A stretch of DNA of 6,363 nt from Candidatus Iainarchaeum sp. (GCA_028693335.1 JAQUVR010000035.1:1-6363), one strand, 5' to 3'. Shown: positions 1-5,927, counted from the first letter of the stretch. Program-made: numbers and translations. The notes: generated by a model not told the origin, from the sequence alone.

Positions 1-74
1 TTTTTCTAACTCCTTTTTTTCCTAAAAATTATAAAAAGTTCTTTAACTATTAAGATAAGTAAATAAAATATTTT

Positions 75-97
75 AAAAAACCTATTTTTAAAAAAAA
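75..97 (-). terminator. Oligo-T terminator candidate after rtcB
   Basis: On the minus strand the TAG stop is followed immediately by T8 (97-90), then AAAAATAGG, then T6 (80-75). Archaeal termination typically occurs at oligo-T tracts. Confidence 0.35.
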
Positions 98-1426
98 CTA
101 ACCAGTAATAACCAATTTAGGTTTTAGAGCTGCAGATTTTTTTACCAAACCAAAACCTTGCATAGACTCTACAACAGATAAACTATCTTTATAGGCATTT
201 GGTTGTTCTTCTCTCATAAGATTTTCTGATCTTCCTGATAAAATAATATCATCATTTAAAAGATTTTTTTGCAGATTGATAATAGAGATTTCAGACTTTG
301 CTTTTTGTCTAGAAAGTCTTCTACCAGAACCATGAGCAACAGATTCAAGCGTATCTGATATTTTTTTTGTGGGTTTTAAAATGTGTGTCTTTGCTTGCAT
401 AGAGCCTGGTAAAATTACTGGTTTATTTAGATATGCTCTTGATGCGCCTTTTCTATGAACAATTAATTTTTTGTTTTTGTGTTTTTCTATAGTTGCAACA
501 TTATGAATAGAATCAGAAACTAAATTAAATTTTAAATTTTTAATATCTAATGTTTTTGAAATTGCAGCTTTAATATAATGTGACAAAACAGATCTATTTA
601 CAAATGCAAAATTAACAGCACAAGACATAGATTCAAAATATGCTTGTGCATCTTTAGTATTAAAATAATCATAAGAAATTGGATCTTTATATTTAAAATT
701 CTTAGAAAACTCACTAGCGATCTGATGACCAAAACCACGAGATCCACTATGAAGCATTATAACATATTGATCTTTTTCTAGTTTTAGTTTTTTTAAATAA
801 TCTTTATCAAAAATATCATCAATAACCAATAGATCAATAAAATGATTGCCTTGACCTAGTGTTCCAATTTCAGTTATTCCTCTTGATTTTGATTCTTTGC
901 TTAGGTGCTTAGTGTTTGCAGTTTTAAAACAACCCTTATACTCAATATTTTTTATATCCTTTTTTTCTAAAAAATTATTTTCTATAGACCAATTAACACC
1001 AGTTTCTAAAATTTTAGAAAAATCAGATTTTGAAAGTAAGTGACCTTTTGTAGATAAGCCAAGTGGTAATTTTTCTAAAGCCATTGATATTTTTTTTAAA
1101 GTAGATAAATCTAAATCTTTTTTATATAAATTAGTTTTAATAAAAGAAATTCCACAACCTATATCAAAACCAACAGCCTCTGGGCTAATGATTCCATTAT
1201 CAACTGGACTTGCAAAAACTGAACCAATTGGAACGCCATATCCGACATGTAGATCAGATAGACCTATTACCTCATTATAAATATTAGGTAATTTAGAAAT
1301 ATTATTTAATTGTTCAAAACAAGTAGAATCAATTTCAGAAAATAATTTTTTATTTGCAATTATTTTTTTTGTAATAGAATTAGAAGTCTTTTCAATATAG
1401 CAATTTTTAGAAGTATATTGAAACAT
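98..1426 (-). CDS. rtcB: RNA-splicing ligase RtcB (3'-phosphate/5'-hydroxyl RNA ligase, tRNA splicing ligase)
   Basis: 442-aa ORF with ATG at 1426-1424 and TAG at 100-98. The translation carries the RtcB active-site landmarks in the expected order: SDLHVGYGVPIG, GFDIGCG, GQGNHF, HSGSRGFGHQ, SIHNV, HRKGA, PGSM, AHGSGRR. The frame is uninterrupted and there is no intein-like insertion. Confidence 0.93.
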   Translation of the reverse strand: MFQYTSKNCYIEKTSNSITKKIIANKKLFSEIDSTCFEQLNNISKLPNIYNEVIGLSDLHVGYGVPIGSVFASPVDNGIISPEAVGFDIGCGISFIKTNLYKKDLDLSTLKKISMALEKLPLGLSTKGHLLSKSDFSKILETGVNWSIENNFLEKKDIKNIEYKGCFKTANTKHLSKESKSRGITEIGTLGQGNHFIDLLVIDDIFDKDYLKKLKLEKDQYVIMLHSGSRGFGHQIASEFSKNFKYKDPISYDYFNTKDAQAYFESMSCAVNFAFVNRSVLSHYIKAAISKTLDIKNLKFNLVSDSIHNVATIEKHKNKKLIVHRKGASRAYLNKPVILPGSMQAKTHILKPTKKISDTLESVAHGSGRRLSRQKAKSEISIINLQKNLLNDDIILSGRSENLMREEQPNAYKDSLSVVESMQGFGLVKKSAALKPKLVITG

Positions 1427-1446
1427 TATAAGTCAAAATTTTACAA

Positions 1447-1454
1447 TTATAAAT
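1447..1454 (-). promoter_or_regulatory. Candidate TATA box for rtcB at leaderless-mRNA distance
   Basis: The minus strand reads ATTTATAA, centred ~24 nt upstream of the rtcB ATG (1426). No purine-rich SD lies in between (TTGTAAAATTTTGACTTATA-ATG). This geometry is expected for a leaderless archaeal transcript. Confidence 0.3.
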
Positions 1455-1460
1455 AAACTG

Positions 1461-1480
1461 AAACTGTAATAAAACAGTTT
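1461..1480. other. 7-bp stem / 6-nt loop inverted repeat in the rps10-rtcB spacer
   Basis: AAACTGT (1461-1467), loop AATAAA, ACAGTTT (1474-1480), followed on the plus strand by further T residues. The left arm is preceded by a tandem copy of AAACTG (1455-1460). Confidence 0.4.
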
Positions 1481-1485
1481 TTTAC

Positions 1486-1541
1486 AAAAAAACACAAAAA
1501 TGATTTTTGCATTTAGATTTTTAAAGAAAATTTAAAAAAAA
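1486..1541 (-). terminator. Oligo-T terminator candidate after rps10
   Basis: On the minus strand the TAA stop is followed immediately by T8 (1541-1534). Further T-tracts follow: TTTTTGTGTTTTTTTGT at 1500-1484. Confidence 0.35.
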
Positions 1542-1850
1542 TTAACCTTTTAACTCAATGCCAATTTGAAGATCTGTCGGAACATCAATTCTCATTATTC
1601 TTCTTAGGGTTTTATCATCGGCCTTTACATCAATAATTCTTTTGTGAATTCTTAATTGATAAGTTTGATAGGTCTCAGTTCCACCACCAGAAACTCCTCT
1701 TCTTGTTGGGACTGATAATTTTTTTGTTTTTAATGGAATTATTCCAGAATGCTTAACGCCGCTCTGTTTTGCAACCCCAATAATCTCTTGACAAAAATCA
1801 GTAATTTTTTTGTAATCTGTTCCTGTAACAATAACTCTTGCTGTCTGCAT
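1542..1850 (-). CDS. rps10: 30S ribosomal protein S10 (uS10), archaeal type
   Basis: 102-aa ORF with ATG at 1850-1848 and TAA at 1544-1542. The sequence ARVIVTGTDYKKITDFCQEII...GIIPLKTKKLSVPTRRGVSGGGTETYQTYQLRIHKRIIDV and the length are typical of archaeal S10. It lies directly downstream of EF-1alpha, as in the conserved archaeal tuf-rps10 arrangement. Confidence 0.93.
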   Translation of the reverse strand: MQTARVIVTGTDYKKITDFCQEIIGVAKQSGVKHSGIIPLKTKKLSVPTRRGVSGGGTETYQTYQLRIHKRIIDVKADDKTLRRIMRIDVPTDLQIGIELKG

Positions 1851-1856
1851 AATTTA

Positions 1857-1860
1857 TCCT
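1857..1860 (-). promoter_or_regulatory. Weak Shine-Dalgarno-like AGGA upstream of rps10
   Basis: The minus strand reads CAGGATAAATT-ATG, with a 6-nt spacer. The 53-nt T-rich tuf-rps10 spacer is compatible with co-transcription. Confidence 0.3.
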
Positions 1861-1903
1861 GTTTAAAATTTTTAATATAAAAAAATAAAAAATAAGAAAA
1901 AAC

Positions 1904-3169
1904 TTAGAATTGTTTTTTCTTTACTTCTTGTACAACACCTGCTGCAACTGTCTTACCTTGATCTCTAATTGCAAATCTTCCTAATTGTGGGAAGTCTTTG
2001 AAACTTTCAACAACTAATGGTTGCAATGGTTTGATCTTTACTATTGCAGCATCACCTGTTTTCAAGAATTTTGGATTGTCTTCTTGAGTTGGTGCTATCT
2101 TTTTTACAAACTCTGTAATAGTACAAGACATTTGTGCTGTGTGAAGGTGGAATACTGGTGTGTAACCTGGTGCAATTGCTGTTGGGTAATTTAACACAAC
2201 AATTTGTGCAGTAAATTCTTCAGCAACAGTTGGAGGGTTACTTTCTGGTCCTAAAACAGAACCTCTCTTTATGTCTCCTTTTCCAACCTTTCTTAAATTG
2301 AAACCAATATTATCTCCTGGTAATGCTTCTGGTAATTGTTCGTGGTGAGCTTCAATAGATTTAATATCTGTTGCGATATTTTCTGGCATAATAACGATCT
2401 TGTCATTAGGTCTTAAAATACCTGTTTCAACTCTACCAACAGGAACAGTTCCAACACCTTTGATGTTATAAACATCTTGAACAGGTAATCTTAATGGTTT
2501 TCCTGTCAATACTTCTGGTGCTTTGAAATTATTAATTGCGTCTAATAATGTTGGGCCTTTAAACCATGGCATTTTATCTGCTGGTGCTTTAATAATATTT
2601 TCTCCATTCCATGCGGAAATTGGGATTACTTGTAATTGATCATCTTTAAACCCGGATCTCTTTAATAAAGCTAAAACATCTGTTTTTATTTTATTGAATG
2701 CATCTTCCTTGTATTCAACTTCATCCATCTTGTTAACAACAACGACGATTTGTTTAATACCCATAACTTGAGCTAGAAATGCGTGCTCTTTTGTTTGAGC
2801 CATGATACCATCTTTTGATGCTACAACTAATACTGCTGCATCTGATTGTGCTGTTCCAGTAATCATGTTTTTAACATAATCTTGGTGGCCAGGGGCATCA
2901 ATTACTGTAAAAGAATATTTTTCTGTTTCTAATTTCTTATAATTTACATCAATTGTAATACCTCTGTCTCTTTCTTCTTTAGTAACATCCATTAAGTAAG
3001 CGAAAGCAAAAGTAGATTTTCCTTTTTCTTGAGCAATTGCTTCTAACTTTCTATAATCTTGGTCACTTAGGTTTTTTGTGTCGTACATTAAACGACCAAC
3101 TGTAGTTGATTTTCCGTGATCAATGTGTCCAATAAAAACAATATTGATCTTTGGTTTAGCTGCTGCCAT
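1904..3169 (-). CDS. tuf: Translation elongation factor EF-1alpha (aEF1A), 421 aa. I moved the start to the ATG at 3169, so this is shorter than the ORF-track call.
   Basis: GTPase motifs GHIDHGKST (G1), DAPGH (G3) and NKMD (G4), plus EF-1alpha domains II/III. The ORF-track start at 3298 is a TTG (plus-strand caa at 3296-3298), and the 43 extra residues are low-complexity Leu/Phe/Ile/Tyr-rich text. The ATG at 3169-3167 gives MAAAKPKINIVFIGHIDHGKST, the normal aEF-1alpha N-terminus, and is preceded by GGAGG (3185-3181). Confidence 0.93.
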   Translation of the reverse strand: MAAAKPKINIVFIGHIDHGKSTTVGRLMYDTKNLSDQDYRKLEAIAQEKGKSTFAFAYLMDVTKEERDRGITIDVNYKKLETEKYSFTVIDAPGHQDYVKNMITGTAQSDAAVLVVASKDGIMAQTKEHAFLAQVMGIKQIVVVVNKMDEVEYKEDAFNKIKTDVLALLKRSGFKDDQLQVIPISAWNGENIIKAPADKMPWFKGPTLLDAINNFKAPEVLTGKPLRLPVQDVYNIKGVGTVPVGRVETGILRPNDKIVIMPENIATDIKSIEAHHEQLPEALPGDNIGFNLRKVGKGDIKRGSVLGPESNPPTVAEEFTAQIVVLNYPTAIAPGYTPVFHLHTAQMSCTITEFVKKIAPTQEDNPKFLKTGDAAIVKIKPLQPLVVESFKDFPQLGRFAIRDQGKTVAAGVVQEVKKKQF

Positions 3170-3180
3170 ATATATCAGTT

Positions 3181-3185
3181 CCTCC
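3181..3185 (-). promoter_or_regulatory. Shine-Dalgarno-like GGAGG upstream of tuf
   Basis: Plus-strand cctcc at 3181-3185 reads GGAGG on the minus strand, with an 11-nt spacer to the ATG at 3169. Confidence 0.5.
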
Positions 3186-3223
3186 ATATATTTAAATAAA
3201 AAAACATTTAGAAATTTAACAAT

Positions 3224-3231
3224 TATATAAA
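3224..3231 (-). promoter_or_regulatory. Candidate archaeal TATA box for tuf
   Basis: The minus strand reads TTTATATA, a match to the archaeal TATA consensus TTTAWATA. It is centred ~58 nt upstream of the ATG, which would give a ~30-nt leader containing the GGAGG. In this AT-rich background such matches are common. Confidence 0.3.
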
Positions 3232-3326
3232 ATAATTGTATATTATATATAGAAACTAAAACTTTATAAATAGATAATCTTCTAAATAACAATAACAACT
3301 AACAAAAAAGTTAGAAATCAAAAACT

Positions 3327-3359
3327 ATATATATAGATTTGATTAAAATATATATAGAT
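3327..3359 (+). repeat. Direct 12-bp repeat ATATATATAGAT x2 in the divergent tuf / ORF-3395 intergenic region
   Basis: Exact copies lie at 3327-3338 and 3348-3359, with starts 21 bp apart. A third copy of the 10-bp core TATATATAGA lies at 3244-3253 in the same orientation. Confidence 0.6.
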
Positions 3360-3394
3360 AAAGACCTTACAAAAAATAAAATAAGATAATATTT

Positions 3395-4462
3395 ATGGAA
3401 ATAGAATTTATTCAAATAGTAGTAATTGTAATTATCATAATAGTGTTTGGTGTCTTGATAACTGTAACAAACCTTAAAAAAAAAGTAAAAGTGCCAGTTA
3501 GTAAAGAACAAAACTCTTGGCAAAGAATAGAAATACTTAATAGTAAAAAAAAAGAGTTTTTGAAAAAAAAAGAAGAAGTTTCCTTTAAATATAGTGCAAA
3601 AGGGATAAGTGATGATAATTATGCAAACACCATAAAATACATAAACGATGAATTAAAAAAAATAGATCTTGCAATAAATGAAGAAGTTTCAAAATTAACA
3701 GATCTACAAAAAAGTCAAGACACTGGTGGAGACTTAAGATTTCAAAACATAAAACTTAAAGGAGATCTAAACGAAATAAAACTAGAAAGAGATAATCTGA
3801 AAAATAGAACAACAGAATTAGAGGAATTTATTAAGAATATGTCAAAAAATAATAATTCTAATCTACAAGTTAATGAAAGTGCAAAAAATAAATATTATGA
3901 ACTAATATTAAACACATATAAAGAAATAATAAACAACAATGAAAAGAAAACAATATCTCAAATAAAAGAAATGGTTGATCCTGATAACTTAACCATTAAA
4001 AGCATTATTTCAAAATACAAACCAATTGGCTTTGATTTTAATAAAGACTATTTTGAAACACTTAGAATAATTTATAATTTTTTTAAATCAGAAATAGATT
4101 TTGCAAAAAATGATATAAAAATATTATATTGGTTAGATCCAACCCAAATTTTAAAATATAAAATTGCAGATGAACAAGATGCTGCAAACATGCTTTGTTC
4201 AGTTATGAAGGGGCTAAATGATAATGAAGCGTACATCTATGTTGTTTTGTTAGAAGATGAAAAAACACACGCAATTGTTAAAACAAAGTTTAAAGGAGTA
4301 CATTATATTTTTGATCTGACACAAAAAACACCATTTGACTTGTTTAAGAACAATGATGAAAAGAAATTGTTTGAAAATTATAATTATAAAAATAAAAAAA
4401 TCACAAAGTTAATTTACAAATATAACAATAACACCTATGTAAACTTTGATGAAGAAGAGTAA
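3395..4462 (+). CDS. Hypothetical membrane-anchored coiled-coil protein with a C-terminal transglutaminase-like (papain-fold) domain, possibly catalytically inactive
   Basis: 355-aa ORF with ATG at 3395 and TAA at 4460-4462. Residues ~5-25 (FIQIVVIVIIIIVFGVLITVT) form a single hydrophobic helix followed by KKKVK. Residues ~45-150 are Lys/Glu/Leu-rich with a coiled-coil-like character. Residues ~193-310 fit the transglutaminase-like template by eye: DPDN..., YWLDP, ADEQDAANMLCSVMKGL (compare G-D-C-x-D-x-A...L-R-A-x-G), THAIVKT (compare HAWVEV), and YIFDLT (compare fDPT). No profile search was run. Confidence 0.6.
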   Translation: MEIEFIQIVVIVIIIIVFGVLITVTNLKKKVKVPVSKEQNSWQRIEILNSKKKEFLKKKEEVSFKYSAKGISDDNYANTIKYINDELKKIDLAINEEVSKLTDLQKSQDTGGDLRFQNIKLKGDLNEIKLERDNLKNRTTELEEFIKNMSKNNNSNLQVNESAKNKYYELILNTYKEIINNNEKKTISQIKEMVDPDNLTIKSIISKYKPIGFDFNKDYFETLRIIYNFFKSEIDFAKNDIKILYWLDPTQILKYKIADEQDAANMLCSVMKGLNDNEAYIYVVLLEDEKTHAIVKTKFKGVHYIFDLTQKTPFDLFKNNDEKKLFENYNYKNKKITKLIYKYNNNTYVNFDEEE

Positions 4463-4474
4463 ACGAATTTTAAT

Positions 4475-5581
4475 ATGGAAAAGTTAGAAACAACTAGCAC
4501 AGCTTTTTTTTATATTTCTAAAGAATTGGAAAAAGAATTGTGTGGTGGTTATATAAATAATATTCAAGAACTTGAACTTGGATATAAAGAGGATTTGTTA
4601 GATGAACAAATAAGTGCAATAAAAATAAAAATACATAAACAACAAACAAAAGAACTAATCATTACAGAAAAAACACTATTTTTATCAGAACACAAAATGC
4701 CAGTATTAGAAAAAACAAAAGGGCTGTGTGTGTTTTTAAAAAAAAAATTGTACAACCAAAAGATTCAAGAAATTAAACAAGATAAAAATAATAGAGTGCT
4801 TTATTTTAAATTAGATAAATATTATTTGATATTTGAATTTTTTAGTAAATCAAATATAATTTTAACAGATCTTGATTTTGTTGTAATAACTTCAAAAAAA
4901 CAAGAAATCTGGAAAGATAGAGAAATTAAAACAAAACGAAAATATGATTTTCCACAAACAAAAGAAATAACTGATGAAAATAGTGACGAGATCTTAACAG
5001 AAATTAAAGATAAAAAAAAAGAAGACATCATTAGGTATTTAATAAAAGAATACAATTTACACCCTTGGTATATAGAACAAATATATTTAGAAAAAGAAAA
5101 TATTTCTCAAAAAGAATTAATCGAGAAAATAAAACAAATCTACAACCATAAATATACAAAAATAAAAACAATAGATAATAAAGATCAAAAAATAATTGTT
5201 TGCGAAAAAAGCGAAACAGAAACTGATTTTTTCAAAGTTATTGAAGAACTATATTTACATAAAAATACAGAAGAAACAATAGAATCTAAAGAAAGCAAGC
5301 AAATGCTGAAAATAAAAAATATTCTTGATACTCAATTAGAAACAAAGACAGAATATGAAAAAATAATGTCAGACTTTGAAAAAGAAGGAGAAATGATTTA
5401 TTCTTACTTTACATTAATTGATCAAATAAATAACCAAATACAAATTGCAAGAAGTAAAAAAATAGATGTCGAGATTATTGAAAATAAGATTAATGAATAT
5501 CTAAAAAAAGATTATCCTAATTTAAGTATAACAAATATAGATCTTAAAAATAAAACATACAAACTAAAAAAAGAAAATTAA
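4475..5581 (+). CDS. NFACT-N domain protein (Rqc2/NEMF/RqcH family, ribosome-associated quality control), short form lacking NFACT-R
   Basis: 368-aa ORF with ATG at 4475 and TAA at 5579-5581, 12 nt after the preceding stop. NFACT-N landmarks appear in order: FFYISKELEKELCGGYINNIQE; GLCVFLKKKLYNQKIQEIKQDKNNRVLYFKL; YLIFEFFSKSNIILTD; REIKTKRKYDFP. A helix-hairpin-helix-like stretch follows (IIRYLIKEYNLHPWYIEQIY), then a coiled-coil segment (...SDFEKEGEMIYSYFTLIDQINNQIQ...). There is no NFACT-R-type signature (G-x-N..N..L...D.W.H...pGSHV). Confidence 0.75.
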   Translation: MEKLETTSTAFFYISKELEKELCGGYINNIQELELGYKEDLLDEQISAIKIKIHKQQTKELIITEKTLFLSEHKMPVLEKTKGLCVFLKKKLYNQKIQEIKQDKNNRVLYFKLDKYYLIFEFFSKSNIILTDLDFVVITSKKQEIWKDREIKTKRKYDFPQTKEITDENSDEILTEIKDKKKEDIIRYLIKEYNLHPWYIEQIYLEKENISQKELIEKIKQIYNHKYTKIKTIDNKDQKIIVCEKSETETDFFKVIEELYLHKNTEETIESKESKQMLKIKNILDTQLETKTEYEKIMSDFEKEGEMIYSYFTLIDQINNQIQIARSKKIDVEIIENKINEYLKKDYPNLSITNIDLKNKTYKLKKEN

Positions 5582-5596
5582 AAAATTAAATTTTTT
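5580..5596. terminator. Shared oligo-T/oligo-A tract in the 19-nt gap between convergent genes
   Basis: The sequence A6-TTAAA-T6 gives a T6 run on the plus strand after the NFACT gene stop and a T6 run on the minus strand after the PRC-barrel gene stop. The A6/T6 arms could pair, but only through A-T pairs. Confidence 0.3.
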
Positions 5597-5600
5597 AAAT

Positions 5601-5873
5601 TTAGAAACCGTCGTGTTTTGACAAAAGCTCTTTTTCATCAATAACAAAAACATCGCTTACTGCAACAACGCATTTATATGGAATTTCAAGTAAATTTCCT
5701 TGAACATCTAATTGTTTAACAACTTTAGATGTTGGATCAACTTCAACCAATAAAGCCTCTATCTCTCCAGAAACTTCATTGACCATTAAATCAACTAAAC
5801 GACCAATATTGTCTCCTCTGTTTGTTATTAATTTTTTTGTAGCAAGTTGTCTAGCTATAGCATATTTGTACAT
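5601..5873 (-). CDS. PRC-barrel domain protein (small, soluble, stand-alone)
   Basis: 90-aa ORF with ATG at 5873-5871 and TAA at 5603-5601. It matches the PRC-barrel pattern: L..KKLITNRGDNIGRLVDLMVNEVSGEIEALLVEV ... LLEIPYKCVVAVSDVFVID. This is the h-x-G-x-x-IG-x-V-x-D signature followed by beta-rich repeats. A GAGGGT Shine-Dalgarno-like element ends 7 nt before the ATG. Confidence 0.7.
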   Translation of the reverse strand: MYKYAIARQLATKKLITNRGDNIGRLVDLMVNEVSGEIEALLVEVDPTSKVVKQLDVQGNLLEIPYKCVVAVSDVFVIDEKELLSKHDGF

Positions 5874-5880
5874 GTTTTTT

Positions 5881-5886
5881 ACCCTC
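5881..5886 (-). promoter_or_regulatory. Shine-Dalgarno-like GAGGGT upstream of the 90-aa PRC-barrel gene
   Basis: Plus-strand accctc at 5881-5886. The minus strand reads AAAGAGGGT-AAAAAAC-ATG, a 7-nt spacer. Confidence 0.4.
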
Positions 5887-5919
5887 TTTCATTTTTTAAT
5901 TAATTTTATTAAAATAAAC

Positions 5920-5927
5920 ATATATAA
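5920..5927 (-). promoter_or_regulatory. Candidate TATA box for the 90-aa PRC-barrel gene
   Basis: The minus strand reads C-TTATATAT-G, ~50 nt upstream of the ATG. This would give a ~25-nt leader that includes the SD-like element. Confidence 0.3.

Noticed and set aside
1-40. A GGAG (minus strand, 13-10) preceded by a TATA-like TTTTTATAAT (minus strand, about 38-29) pointing out of the left edge of the window. This could be the promoter and SD of the next minus-strand gene.
   Set aside because: The putative start codon lies outside the window, so the call cannot be evaluated. The same region also serves as the rtcB terminator.
98-3169. The tuf-rps10-rtcB gene order, with no S7 or EF-2 genes upstream of tuf, as a possible rearrangement of the archaeal str-type cluster.
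   Set aside because: The tuf-rps10 pair is conserved here, and whether EF-2/S7 are linked varies among archaeal lineages. This is ordinary housekeeping context and not evidence of an accessory island.
98-3169. Inteins, programmed frameshifts or stop-codon reassignment in RtcB or EF-1alpha.
   Set aside because: Both proteins read through continuously with all catalytic motifs at normal spacing. Every gene ends at TAA or TAG and uses TGG for Trp, so the standard code is sufficient.
3170-3298. The 43-residue N-terminal extension of EF-1alpha in the ORF track (start at 3298).
   Set aside because: The start codon there is TTG, and the extension (MLLLFRRLSIYKVLVSIYNIQLFYIIVKFLNVFLFKY...) is low-complexity translation of AT-rich promoter DNA. 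The ATG at 3169 gives the canonical aEF-1alpha N-terminus and has a GGAGG upstream. An intermediate ATG at 3187 overlaps that GGAGG and is unlikely.
3311-3523. 70-aa minus-strand ORF (MPRVLFFTNWHFYFFFKVCYSYQDTKHYY...).
   Set aside because: It is Tyr/Phe/Asn-rich low-complexity sequence spanning the intergenic promoter region, and it runs antisense to the start of the 355-aa gene. It has no motif and no SD. This is the kind of spurious ORF expected in AT-rich DNA.
3476-4747. A9-A10 homopolymer runs inside the two plus-strand genes (3476-3484, 3545-3553, 3563-3571, 4738-4747) as possible slippage or phase-variation sites.
   Set aside because: They encode the poly-Lys stretches typical of these Lys-rich proteins in an extremely AT-rich genome, and both frames are intact. 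A single sequence gives no evidence of length variation. They would only be informative with population or read-level data.
4564-5055. Two minus-strand ORFs (4564-4755, 63 aa; 4822-5055, 77 aa) inside the NFACT gene.
   Set aside because: They are the antisense reading of Lys/Glu-rich codons, which produces Phe/Ser/Leu-rich strings. They lie entirely within a gene that has strong family-level similarity, and nothing independently supports them.
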